DNA of 63,196 nt, filler included, from Octopus bimaculoides (lineage: Eukaryota), in the NCBI RefSeq assembly GCF_001194135.2. It is 4 parts of 4 records of this genome, joined end to end, with 100 filler letters (N's around TTAATTAATTAA, not from the genome) between each part and the next. Parts side by side here need not be neighbours in the genome. Positions count along the whole stretch, not along the records: positions 1 to 29,946 come from NC_068993.1; 3 more parts are not named here. One strand, given 5' to 3'. Position numbers and translations under genes: made by a program. The notes under the pieces were generated by a model. That model did no database searches. It was not told where the DNA came from and was given only the letters and a program-made list of their open reading frames with translations. This document shows, piece by piece, positions 1 through 13,005 of the stretch. Position 1 is the first letter of the stretch. The number at the start of each line of letters is the position of its first letter.

Positions 1-836
1 ATATATATATATATATATATGGGGTATGAGAGGTATTGGTGTCAAGAAGACCCAAAGGTATCAGGTAATGCTGAGTAAGTGCTATGGACAGACGATAGTT
101 GAGCTCCAGGTTCAATAATGATATGAATAAAGAGTCCAATGTAGGTCATGTATTAGCAAGCATATATATAAAAATTAACAGGATGAGATAAGAAATCCAA
201 GGCTGTGAATAGTTTTCAGAACATTTATAAACAGAAGGTCATACAGTTGTTTCTGGGATGGTGTGAGAAAATGTTTAAGTTAAGATATGAAATATAGAGT
301 GAGGTGAAGGAATGAAAACAGACGTGAGATACGTAAGGATATTGTATTTGTAGTTCCATTATTTAAGCAGAATGGTGTATATATAAATTTCCTGTACCTT
401 GTATGTGAATTCCAATTGGCCATTCCAAGCATAGAGTCTTGTAAATGGTGTTATTCGATCAAGGGTTTTTTTGAAGTGACTTAGAAGTTGGGAATGTTTG
501 TAAGGGGAAATCAAAAACAGGAAGAGAAAAGAAGAAAAAAAAAGAGGGAGAGAATCAATAAACAAGTGAAGACAGAGGTGTGTTAGCTAGTGGTCAGGAT
601 GGGAGAGGTGATGGGAAGAGAGAGATGAGAGGGTAAAGGGTAAAAGAGTGTGAGGTATGTTAGCAGGGGTGTTGTGATAGAGCTTAAGGTATTGGCATAT
701 AAAGTATAGAGAGAAGGTAAAGTTATTAAAATTGAGGTGGAATGAAGAATTAAGAATATAAGTCAAGTTGCTTAAATGGACAGGTTAGTGGTGAGTAGTA
801 GAAGAAATAAAGAATTTATATTTGTGAAGATGTATA

Positions 837-1279
837 GGCCATTCCAATAAGGCAGTTATCCACCACCTCTGAATGGAACTCTCCCATATGTAACTTGCTT
901 CTACTTCTGCGGACTACCAACTCACAGGCTGTATGACCAGTTAATATGATGTCTTCAAAGAAATTGCGCAAATACTGTTGTATATGCAGCAATTATAGAG
1001 GGAAGAATGTAGACGGCAAAGTTATTTCACTTCATAGATACCCTGCAAATGTAAAATCTGGAAACTTATGAAAATCTTTAATCCAATCTGATTTCAGCAC
1101 ACTAGGATCAGGTAAAATTTCACCGAGAGGAGATACAAGTTTCTGCTTATTCCAGTCTGAAGTACACTTCTCGTCTGTTGATTTTAATTCATTGACGAAT
1201 TTTAATTTATCGAAAGAATTTTAATACTTTTTAACCTTTCAACCAAATCCACCTTTTTTTCCAGTAATGTATTGTCCAT
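837..1279. mobile_element. Probable internally deleted two-ORF DNA transposon (THAP-type ORF on plus; SAP-like/PDP..W ORF on minus), ISL2EU/Harbinger-like
   Basis: Plus 946-1071: MMSSKKLRKYCCICSNYRGKNVDGKVISLHRYPAN, like a THAP N-terminus. Minus 1279-1032 (one frameshift/stop): KKVDLVERLK...GEILPDPSVLKSDWIKDFHKFPDFTFA. The two ORFs converge at 1043-1052. Confidence 0.5.
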
Positions 1280-1652
1280 GTAAATATACACACATACAAA
1301 CTCTTGTATGTTACACACATTCATACACTCATTTGTATCTATTTTTGTATATATAAATACATGCATACATTAATGTATGCATGCAGACTTACACACACAC
1401 ACATAAATGTATTCAAGTGTTTACACGCACACACACACACACACACACAGAGGCAGGTATGCATACAATATGTCTACACATACTCAGATACAAATCCGTA
1501 CTTATATAAAATATCTATACCTATAATCATATATATTCACATGTACCCACTTGCATGTTCCTATATGCATGCATACACACGTATATACACACATACATAT
1601 ATGCACGAACATATACACATGCACATATATATATACATACACACACATATAC

Positions 1653-1683
<31 letters not shown>

Positions 1684-1956
1684 TATAATACATATATATA
1701 TATCACATACACACACACATGTATATACACAAACTCATACATACGTGTATCTATATGTAATATCACACCTGCACATATATGTACATACACCATGCATACA
1801 TACATACATATGTATAAGTATATACTTATATAATTAAATAATTGTGATCCTCAAGTATGAAAGAGGAATTAGATAAAGATTAGAAGTTCAAACGTAGATT
1901 TATAAGGTTATTAGAGATTACCTAAGGGGTATTGTGGAAATATACTGTATGGTTAT

Positions 1957-2397
1957 TTAGGCATTTGGATTTGTGATGGAATTTGAATGTATGAAAAAGC
2001 TGTGGGTGCATATGCTTAGGGTCTTATTATGTTTATTTAGCAGTGTTGACGATTTGTGGTCCAATAAGTGAAGTGCCTCCTTCAGGCAAAGCTTGCAGGT
2101 TGAACGTTGACCTTGGTAGGGAAGCCCTGAATCCAATGTGGACCATGACAAAGTATAGGGTATATTTGTATTTTTGAGATGATGTATGTGACTGGCGAGT
2201 GTTGTAGATTTACTATGTTTATTGTATCTAAAAGAATAGAGGGGAGCGGCGTATTGTTGTTTAAAATTTACGGTTGATCCTATGTATATGGCTGTAGAAT
2301 TTTGTAATGTGTTAAGGACAGTGCATTTGTAAATTATATTATATCTTCTACAATGGGTTTGCAAAGGGCAGATGGCTCCAGGATGACAGTTGCAAGT
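1957..2397 (-). mobile_element. Penelope-like element, GIY-YIG endonuclease end
   Basis: TCNCHPGAICPLQTHCRRYNIIYKC...AIYIGST..FKQ...SF....STTLASHIHHLK...W...PY....CKLCLKEA...LLNK. Cys/His linker followed by GIY-YIG, typical of PLEs. Confidence 0.85.
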
Positions 2398-2689
2398 GGG
2401 TGAATTTTCGAGATTGTTTTGAGGAATGGAGGAGGTAATATTGTCAGAGGAGAGATTAGAGAAGGGGTAGAAAGGTCTGAACTATTAGTATTAGTAATGT
2501 TATTATTACTATTGTTGTTATTAATTGTACTATTTGTAAGAGTGGTAGAGGTTGTGGTGGTGTTCTGGGTAGTGTCAGTAGGATGGGTTGGGTTGTGGTC
2601 CCACACCACATAATCCCAACCAATTCCCCTACACAACAATACTTCCACAAAAACAACCTTAACACTGAGAACCCCTTCCAACCTAATTA

Positions 2690-2890
2690 CAACAAACAAC
2701 GTATTTTAGACAGAACAGAGAGACACAAGGACACACGGTGGAACATAACTTACGGGAGAAACCAAAAATAATCAATTCATCTAAGAAAACTCTCTCCATA
2801 ACAAACATCCATATTTTAGCTAAAGGTTTAAAATTTACACCCACCCCATGTAGACCCAGCTCCAATGCAATTAAAGATAATATTGCAGAA
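2690..2890 (+). mobile_element. Penelope-like element N-terminal ORF fragment, inverted relative to the adjacent endonuclease piece
   Basis: KIINSSKKTLSITNIHILAKGLKFTPTP resembles the PLE pre-RT motif IINLS...LS..E...L.KGL.F.PTP; runs into an N gap. Confidence 0.65.
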
Positions 2891-2990
2891 NNNNNNNNNN
2901 NNNNNNNNNNNNNNNNNNNNNNNNNNNNNNNNNNNNNNNNNNNNNNNNNNNNNNNNNNNNNNNNNNNNNNNNNNNNNNNNNNNNNNNNNN

Positions 2991-3032
<42 letters not shown>

Positions 3033-3683
3033 ATCTAGAATGTCTTTAAAAGAAAACTTGAAACTAAGAATAGACAACTTATAAATAACAGACCAATTAG
3101 AAACAACTGTACTTTTCTACAGGCAAGTGACAATCTTTTCACATATCGTGACCATTTCTAAAGGAATACGTATTCTGAACTCATGCTAAAAAATCATTTC
3201 TAAGAGTGTATCTCCTCAGATCTATATTAGCATTTAGTGGGTTGGTCATCATCCTCATGATGTCTGCTTTCCAAGCTGGCATGGGTTGGATGGTTTGACA
3301 GGAGCTGGCAGGGCAGAAAACTGCACCAAGCCTTACCGCCTGTTTTGACATGGTTTTTATAGCTGGATGCCCTTCCTAGCACAAATCACCACGCATAGTG
3401 GTCTGAATGTTTTTTTTATGTGGTACCAGCACAGGTGAGATCAGTTTTGGCATGGTTTTTACAGTTGGATGCCCTTCCAAATGCCAACCACTTTACAGTA
3501 TCGTGCTTTTTACGTGGCATCAGCGCTGATAGGATCACCAAATAACTTGCAAGACAAAGGTCCTTTGAGAGGGGTGGGGCAATGGAGAAGGTGATCTTGT
3601 GGTAGATGATGAAAGGTTAGAGTGTGACAGAGAGACAGAGAAGAAAAAACAGGTGTCTTTGCTGTAGAGGAGGTACATGGTTA

Positions 3684-3686
3684 CCC

Positions 3687-3717
<31 letters not shown>

Positions 3718-3820
3718 AATAGAGGGAGAGAGAGAGAGAGGAATAGAGGGAGAGAGAGAGAGGAATAGAGGGAGAGAGAGAGGAATAGAGGGAGAGAGAG
3801 AGGAATAGAGGGAGAGAGAG
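3684..3820. repeat. (GA)n-based 20-22 bp minisatellite (gagagagaggaatagagg)
   Basis: Five direct units visible. Confidence 0.9.
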
Positions 3821-4659
3821 TGTGTGTGTGATCAGGAATGAAGAAAAAACAAGTGTGTTGCTTAACCAGTTAGAGAGAGAGAGAGAGAGAGAAAGTGGAA
3901 GGGAATGAGAGTACAAGAGAGAGCAAGAGGGAGATGGTGGTGAAGTGCCAAGGCATACCATCAAGGTACAGGGGTCAAAATACAAATGATAATACATTAC
4001 CTAAGATGTATGAGTAGGGAGTAGAGAAGACTTCATGTGAATGTATCTTGACTTAATGAACCCAGGAGGAGAAAAGGCAAAGTCAACCTCAGCTGTTTTT
4101 GATGTCAGAAGATAAAAGGACAATAACTGAATACCTCGTAATATTTTCTAGGTACTCTAAGTGGCTGGCAGAATTGGTAGCATGCTTGGCAAAATGCTTA
4201 GCAGCATTTAGTCCATCTTTACGTTCTCAGTTCAAATTCTGTCAAGACTAACTTTGCCTTTCATTCTTTAGGGAGTTGATAAAATAAGTACCAAGATGAG
4301 AAACTGTTGGCCTTGTGCCAAAATTTGTAATCAATATTTGCTTGGTTCACAAACAATAATACACCCATTAATTCTAAATCAAAGATGACATCTCAATAAA
4401 TTTTCTCATCATCACAGCAACAATCACTCTACAACTCAGTAACACTGCACCACTTTAGAAACACAATAAATAATACAAATCTCTCTATATAAAATTCTTT
4501 GTCTGTCTGTTCCCTATGCATTCTTGAACAGCTCCACCAAATCAAATCAAATTTTACAAGATAATAGTATTTAGACCCTGCAACATGTAATTTTTATTTT
4601 CATTTGGATTAAAACTATATTTTCTCGAAAATAATCTTTCTATAGTCACCTGTAGTAAA

Positions 4660-5180
4660 GGACATTTTATACCATGATGACGTCACCTTTTGTATACAAG
4701 TGCGTGTGTGTCTGTCAGTGTGTGTGTGTCTGTCAGTGTGTGTGTGTGTGTGTGTGTTTGCATGTTCATTATGTATGACATAGTAACAGAAATTTTTTTA
4801 CCATGACGATGACGACACATTTTGTATATGAAAGTGTATGTGTCTGTCAGTGTGTGTGTGTTTGTGTGTTCATTAAGTACGACATAGTTAAGAACATTTC
4901 ATAGGATGACGACGATACATTTTGTAAATGAGTGTGTATGCATGTCAGTGTATGTGTTTGCACATTTGTTACATACGACATAGCAAAGGACATTTTATAC
5001 CACCACCACCACGACACATTTTGTATACAAGTGTATATGTGTCTGTGAGTGTGTTTGTGCATTCATTATGCACCACATAGTAAAGGACAACACAACGCAT
5101 TTTGTATATGAGTGTGTATGTGTATATTTGTGCATTCATTACGTAAAAATATGTGGGTGTGTGTGTGTGTCTATCTTAGT
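4660..5180. repeat. Minisatellite inside the Helitron, about 4-5 units of about 115-125 bp
   Basis: Recurring gacattttatac..gacgacacattttgtata..gtgtatgtgtctgtcagtgtgtg..ttcatta..gacatagtaa. Confidence 0.85.
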
Positions 5181-5809
5181 ATATGTATGTCAGTGTATAT
5201 GAGAGTGTATGTGTGTGACTGTATGTATGATTGTCAGTTACACTGATGTGGGCTCCAACCAATGAAATGGCTGATAAACTCAATCACAAACTTCAAAAGT
5301 TGAATTTCTGAACATACTTAAACCCACTGGGATGCCGCCACATAACTTGACACTAAAGCTGGATGCTCCCATTACATTGCTTAGGAATTTTGACCCACTT
5401 TACCTGTGTAATGGAACTCAGTTGTTACTTCCACGAAGCCCCATGTCCTACAGGCAACAATCATAAAAGGTAGTCACGAAGAAATTGTCTTTATTACAAA
5501 ATTTCCTCTCATACTTACACGTTCCATTTGAACTTAAGAGACTTCAGTTTCCAGTCAAACTAAGTTTTGGTATTTCAATCAATAAATCTCGAGGTCAATC
5601 CCTCAAGGTAGATGGACTTCATCTCTCTACTACATGCTTCTCCCATGGCCAACTCTAAGCTGGTTTCTTATGAGTTGGAAGCAGCAACAATTTGTTCATT
5701 TGGACACCAACAAAAAATTACACAATGAACATTGTTTACCTTGATGTGCATCAAGATTGACAGATTTTCAGTTCTAAACTCTATTGTCATTACAATTTGG
5801 ATATTTTTT

Positions 5810-6742
5810 TGATCATTTCCTTTCTTTGGGCAGCTCGATTAATTAATTTTCTTTAACTAAACACTTTGAAACTTCGTATACTGGTAGAATGTGTCATATA
5901 GATTATCTGTTACTCTTAGCGTTGTTGAGAAAAGTTTCTATTTACAAAGTTATTTTGTGTTAAAGTTGTCGTATTTGGATAATTTCAACCAATCAATGAC
6001 GTGTATTCAGCTGAATAAAATTACTGCTGTTGTTTGTCAACAACAACTTCCAGCAGTGTATATTTCGTTTGTCACTGTTATTTATGATACTGTTCGTGCA
6101 TTTGTACTGATTTTAGCTTTAAAAAATTTACAATTTTTCTACTTAGGGTTNNNNNNNNNNNNNNNNNNNNNNNNNNNNNNNNNNNNNNNNNNNNNNNNNN
6201 NNNNNNNTGGCAATTTTCCAGAATCTCTGTATCCGAAAAGCTGGGTTTTTGGCAAAAAAAACAAAAAAAAATTATAATAAAATAATAATTTGTGAGAAAA
6301 CGGTGAGGGATGGGAGGAAATCTTTCCGAAAATAGTAGCTGAAAAACAGGAAAAAACAACCTAAAAGCAGTAGAAATGCACGAACAATTATGGTGGTGTC
6401 ATGAAGTAAACATGCTTCAGATACACTTGTTTATTCATACGAACATAACTGAGATGAAATATATCATAAATAACAGTGACAAACGAAATATACACCGCCA
6501 GAAGTTGTTGTTGACAAACAACAGCAGTAATTTTATTCAGCTGAATACACGTTATTGATTGGTTGAAATTACTGAAATGTGACAACTTTAGCACGAAATA
6601 ACTTCAAAAATAGAAACTTTTCTCAACAACGCTAAGAGTAAAAGATGTTCTATATGACACATTCTACCAGTATTCGAAGTTTCAAAGTATTTAGTTAAAG
6701 AAAATTAATTAATTGAGTTGCCCATCAAAAAGGAAAAGATCC
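5810..6742. mobile_element. Fold-back / long-TIR element nested in the Helitron
   Basis: About 5810-6095 is the reverse complement of about 6460-6742 (gggcagctcgattaattaat... vs ...attaattaattgagttgccc); the centre contains an N gap. Confidence 0.8.
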
Positions 6743-9700
6743 TTTTTTTTAATAAAATATATTTTGAAATAGTTATGAGAAAAAATATATCTTCATATTT
6801 ATTGTTAGCAATAACCTGGGCAACGCAGGGTAATTCAGCTAGTAATAAATAAAATAATATGTAAAATAAAACAAAACAACAAAGACAAATAAAAATTTAT
6901 GAAATTTGTGCTTTAATATAGTTTTGAACTATTATCATTATTATTATTATTATTTATTGAATTTTTGTTGTTATTGTTATTCATTCTGGTCAAGTGATAA
7001 TAATTAAGAAAGAACATGGAACAATAAATTGTTTATTGTCACACATTCCTGTAGTCTTAGCAACAGATGACTATGCATAGCAACATTAGTGACATCAGCA
7101 GGATACTGCCATGGACCTAAATCAATGTGTTCGCACTTTAAACACAGTGACAATAAAATATCTCTGAAGTAATACATGCAGGATTTAGTAGTGGTTCATG
7201 AATGTTTACATTAGGTCATAAGACTCAATAGGGTTACTATGTGCTAACAAACTAAAGTAGATAACACAATGTAGAGCTAAAGAACTTGGAATAAATTAAG
7301 TTAATATATTAAGGAAGAAAAGGACTAGAAAAGTTTACCATACTGGGGAATAAGACCAGCATAAAGTGTCTTTGTTAAATTCAGATTTATAATTAAACTC
7401 TGCAACTTGGTCAAACTGGCAGCATTTATCCACTAAAGATGGTAGTTTGTCCTTGCTTACCAACTTGGTAGATAAGAAGAAGGATGAGGCTTCTTACATA
7501 AATAAGGATAAACTGGAGATAATTATCTTCACTCTGGGATAGAGCTTCAGCACCAAGTTTATTTCTGCCCGCTTAAGGACATTGCTAATGATGATGGTGT
7601 TGAAATGTCGAGACAAAAGTTCATTATGTATACTGCAACACAGTCTTTAAAAAGAGAAGAGAAAACATATAACTTTTTTTATTTCAAGAGTTCAAAATAT
7701 TTCAAAGTAATTAGGAAAATATGAGAGCATTAGATAGAAATATTCACTTACACCTTTCAATGACACAAAAAATGATAAAAACAACAAAAAAACATTAATA
7801 AGCTGAGTAGAAAGAATTTGCAGTGAGAAATATTTAGAACAAGCAGAACTCAGGAAAATCATTCATAATAGACAAGTATTCTATCCAGGAAAGATTTATT
7901 ACATAAGCTTAATTCTACTGAATCCTGGATCTCTAAATCTTTATTTGATTCATCAAAGGATTAACATTTAGCCTTTATCATTCAATATAAGATGATGTAA
8001 GTCTATCTATAAAGATAACATCTCTATTTAGAGTTATGTTAAAAAAATCTTATGATGGCTGTTTTGTTTAGTACAGCATCATTGATAAACAGTGACCCCC
8101 CACCACCACTGGTGCATGTGCCACATAAAAAGCACCTGTACTGGTGCCACATAAAACACAACTATGTTGGTGCTATGTATAAAGCCATAACACCAGCACA
8201 GCTGTAAAGTGGTTGGCATTAGGAAGGGCATCCAGCCAGAGAAACCATGTCCAAACAGACAACTGGAGCCAGGTGCAACTCCCTGGTTTGTTAGCTCTTG
8301 ACAAACCATTCAAATCATGCCAACATGGAAAGTAGACATTAAATGATGATGATGATGATGATGAGCAGCACCGACTACTGGATAAGTTGCTGTGCACAGG
8401 AAACTAAACTGATGCTATCATTTGTAAAACCAAACCCAACCTACATTTCACCTCAAAATTAGACACTACCAAAGTGAATGTAAAAGATCTAATCCAGCTT
8501 ATGACACAGTACAAACTCTATTGTCCTGATAATTATAATTAACATATGTTGATATAATGAGAGTGATAATAGCTGGGGTAATCAGAATTACAACCACTGG
8601 GGCCACCACCATGATGAAATACATTATTACATATACACAAATATACATGCAAATATACGCACATATATACACAAATATACATTGATATATATCATCATCA
8701 TTTAACATCTGTTGTCCATGCTGGCAGGGGCTGGATGGTATGACCAGGGCTGGCAAGCTGGGGAGCTGCACCAGACTCCAGTCAGATTTGGCTTGGTTTC
8801 TACAGCTGGATGCCCTTCCTAACCCTAACCACTTTAGAGAGTGTGCTGGGCACCCTTGATCATATCACCCGACACATCGAGGGTGATATATGTTTCAGAA
8901 GACCTGTTGAATCAAGTAAAACCAAAGTCATAGCTGTGGCACGTAAAATGCATTATCCGAATGTGATCAATACCAGGACCGTCTGACTGGCTCCCATACC
9001 GGTGGCATGGAAAAGGCACCATCCAAACATGGTCGATGCCAGGACTGTCAGACGAGCCCCTGTGGCAGTGGCACGTAAAAAGCACCCACTACACTCTCGG
9101 AGCGGTTGGTGTTAGGAAGGGCATCCAGCTGTAGAAACTCTGCCAGATCAGATTGGAGCCTGGTGCAGCTGCTGGGTCTCCAGACCTCAGTCAAACCATC
9201 CAGCCCAAGCCAGCATGGAAAACAGACATTAAACGATGATGATGATGATATATATATATATATANNNNNNNNNNNNNNNNNNNNNNNNNNNNNNNNNNNN
9301 NNNNNNNNNNNNNNNNNNNNNNNNNNNNNNNNNNNNNNNNNNNNNNNNNNNNNNNNNNNNNNNNNNNNNNNNNNNNNNNNNNNNNNNNNNNNNNNNNNNN
9401 NNNNNNNNNNNNNNNNNNNNNNNNNNNNNNNNNNNNNNNNNNNNNNNNNNNNNNNNNNNNNNNNNNNNNNNNNNNNNNNNNNNNNNNNNNNNNNNNNNNN
9501 NNNNNNNNNNNNNNNNNNNNNNNNNNNNNNNNNNNNNNNNNNNNNNNNNNNNNNNNNNNNNNNNNNNNNNNNNNNNNNNNNNNNNNNNNNNNNNNNNNNN
9601 NNNNNNNNNNNNNNNNNNNNNNNNNNNNNNNNNNNNNNNNNNNNNNNNNNNNNNNNNNNNNNNNNNNGAAATATTGAGTGTTCAATATAAAGGATCAAAT

Positions 9701-9911
9701 ATATATATATTTCATCTACATTCAATACTTTATTTCATGGTGCCATCCATTTTTACTTTATTTTATTTTATATTATATATTGTATATAATATTATATATT
9801 GTATATTCCATATTTTATACCCCACATTGGTTCTGCAGGAATATAAATAAAACATAAAAAACAGACAGTGTTGGAACTCTTTTAAACAAAATAATATATA
9901 TATATATATAT

Positions 9912-9949
<38 letters not shown>

Positions 9950-10208
9950 GATAGATGAATAAGGAAGGAAGGGGTGATGTCATATTTTTTTTCATAGCTC
10001 CCATGGTTACCAAGATAATCTACTATAATAATACTCTTGTGTTTATGAATGAGAAAGGAAGGGTGATACATAAATAAAGAAGGAAGGGGTAATGTCATAC
10101 TTGGTAGTGGGATGATGAAAATTGCACGCTGAAAAATAAATCAAACAGCGTTTCAACTCTGTGTGAATATATGTCTGTATGTAAAAGAGGGGTATGTGAA
10201 TGTCTGTG

Positions 10209-10271
<63 letters not shown>

Positions 10272-10918
10272 AATGGAAGTGGGATGGTTTGTCTTTGTTT
10301 GCTTAGTATTTGGGTTTTTTTTTTATTTGGTTGATTGTTTTTTTTTTTTGCTGGTCAGTTATTTTTAGTGTTTTGACAGAAAAATGTCATTCTAAAATTG
10401 TTTTTTAACATAAGCATGCCCAAACAAGTCGAATGCTTACACAGAGCAAGTTTCACAGCCACATCATCCAAACCGACTGGGTGAAACCAGGCTTAGCTGC
10501 TCGTATAAATATATATATATATATATATATAGCTGCTGCTACCACCATCGTTGTTATCTCATCATTTAGATATCTACTCTAAAATGAAAATGCTGCGGCT
10601 GCTATATATATATATATATATACGCAATGGACTCTCCCGTTGAAGACAACATATGACTTCAGTTTTTGCTAAATGACTTGCACAAATGATTTGTTGATAG
10701 CAATCAAATGTATTTGCTGTACATTAGCTCACTCTCTCCATCAAATCGATGTTACCTGAACAGATGCACAGAGTTCCATATGTCAGGTGTTGAAGTGATC
10801 AAAGAGCAATGTGTGATGAAGTGTTTTGCTCAAGAACACAATGCACCACTCAATCTAGGAATTGAAACCACGATCTCATGATTGTGAATGCAACATCCTA
10901 ACCACTAGGCTATGCATG

Positions 10919-10949
<31 letters not shown>

Positions 10950-12169
10950 ACACATATATATGACATATAAGATATGGATTTAGAGAATTATGTAGCTATC
11001 ACCTCCTATATATCTCCTGACATTTTATGGTGTGCATACGTATAAATATGTGTGTGTGTGTGTATGCATATATTTATATTGATATATATTGTTTGTTTTT
11101 ACATGGTTTTATACATACTATACATACTTTTACATATTTACATATATATGACACACCCACCTCATCACACACACTCTTGCAAATAAAGCCATCTGCTCCT
11201 TACAGTCAATTGCACTGAATGTGTTTATTTTGTTCAGACACACATTCATTATGTCAACTTCAGCTGTTTGTTGTTGATTGTTATCAACTTGTTACAGCCA
11301 GCATCTGTCAATAATACCATTAAAGCATGTAATAAATTATTACAATAACAAAATGTGTGTTTGAGTGAGAGTGAGAGAGTCCATCTGCCCATCTATAGTT
11401 AATATATAACACTGATTGTAAAACAGAAATATGTTACAGTAAGTATACATAGAATACTAATGTCACCATTCAGTAGGTAGAGAGATTTATTTGTGATGTT
11501 TTTGTGGGTTGGATATGTTGCCCTGAACTAAATCAGTACTTTCGATGCATCAAGGGTATTATGTCATGGTAGCAGCACAAGAAATGTTGCCAAGTACTTG
11601 GAAAAACTAGGAAGTCCTCTCTACTCTATAGATGTTTTCATTTCCCACAAATGAATATATCTCAGAGTGATAACCCTGTCCAACTTAAGTACAGGTTGCT
11701 CTCTGTACCTGTTCAGCCATCCTGCCAGGGACATGACGAAGTCATAGGACTGCAGCATGGTGGATTGTGCAGAAGTAGTGGAAAAGATCAACTGAGCCAA
11801 CGGTGCTTCTTACATTGATGCTGAGTGAAGGAATGCTAGACGATCAATGGTCAGGGTCACCAAGTTCTGTCAAGAAAGTTAATTGCAATGCATCCATAGG
11901 GGTTGCATCAATGGTTGTATAATCAACTAATGAAAGATTTACTATGACTCAAACTCTCAATTCAAATTCATAATAATGGAATTGGATGGCAACAGAGAGT
12001 CATGGGAATCCACGAAAGGAGCACAACTGAAAAGAGATGTACCCACACACACACACACCTACACAAATAAGTTTCATCACACTTCAGTGATCTTGTCACT
12101 GATACAATTCTACAGTATTTACTGAAATGTACCTGGTATTTTGTGTTGTTTCTCAGGGTCATCATCATC

Positions 12170-12790
12170 ATCATCATCATTGTTTAACGTCCACTTTCCA
12201 TGCTGGCATGGGTTGCATAGTTTGACTGAGGACTGGTGAACCAGAAGGCTGCACCGGGCTCAATCTGATCTGGCAAAGTTTCTACAGCTGGATGCCATTC
12301 CTAGCGCCAACCACTCTCAGAGTGTAGTGGGTGCTTTGACGTGCCACCAGCATGAGGGCCAGTCAGGTGATTCTGGCAATGACCATGCTCAAAAGGTGCT
12401 TTTTACATGCTACCTGCATGGGAGCGACACTGGCAATGACCATGCACAAATGTTGTTTTTCACGTGCCACCGGCACAGGAGCCAATCCGTGGCCCTGGCA
12501 ATGATCACGCTCGGATGTGCTTTTAACAATCCACTGGCACAAGTGCCAATCATGCGGTACTGTCATCAGCCACGTCAGTGATTTTGATTCGATTTCACTT
12601 GCTTCAATAGGTTTTCGCAAGCAAAGTTTATTGTCCAATGAATGAAGGGGTACTCATTAAGTGGGCTGGTTACACTCCACGTTCGGATGTGCTTCTAACA
12701 TTCCACTGGCATGAGTGCCAATCAGGCGGTACTGTCATCGGCCACATCAGCGATTTTGATTTCACTTGCCTCAATAGGTCTTTGCAAGCA
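12170..12790 (-). mobile_element. RTE 3'-UTR-derived repeat with (GAT)n tail; related copies at about 3250-3560, 8690-9250, 37150-37565, 38385-38760, 42880-43140, 47740-47880 and 53845-54146
   Basis: Shared motifs tttctacagctggatgcccttcctaacgccaaccactc and catcatcatcgtttaacgtcc, with internal short tandem units. Confidence 0.85.
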
Positions 12791-12819
12791 AAGTTTATTG
12801 TCCAATGAATAAGTGGGTA

Positions 12820-13005
12820 GTAGGGGAACAGAGTCAAATGCTGATAGTAAAGAAGTTGGGTGTATTAAGGTTTTGTTGTTGAAGCTGTCATGTGGTCAGT
12901 GTTTGTATAAGGCTTGTAAGGAGGTTGAATGTAGCTGTCTGAACTCTTGTTGTGTGTTGGAAAGAAGTGTGCGAGTTGATGTTGCCAAGAATTAATCTTT
13001 GAGCC
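12820..13005 (-). mobile_element. Very decayed LINE RT relic
   Basis: QEFRQLHST..AL...SFNNK....SAFDSVP resembles QHGFR..HST...GFN.K....AFD.VP. Confidence 0.35.

Larger units (their letters stand above)
4480..6842 (+). mobile_element. Non-autonomous Helitron with a PIF1 helicase relic
   Basis: 5' A|TCTCTCTATATAAA; 3' hairpin CCTGGGCAACGCAGGG followed by CTAG|T at 6839-6843. The decayed helicase at about 5290-5750 reads EFLN..KPTGMPPH.L.LK...LLRN...CNGT...QFPVKLSF..SINKS.GQSLK..G..L...CFSHGQL. Confidence 0.88.

Noticed and set aside
1304-1837. Long YI/HT/VC-rich ORFs here and at 43031-43492, 50122-50454, 52343-52962 and 60842-61293
   Set aside because: Translations of (AT)n/(AC)n microsatellites, which lack stop codons.
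9048-9850. ORFs spanning N runs (also 41453-42240, 46385-46999, 53688-54339)
   Set aside because: Open only because the gaps translate as X.
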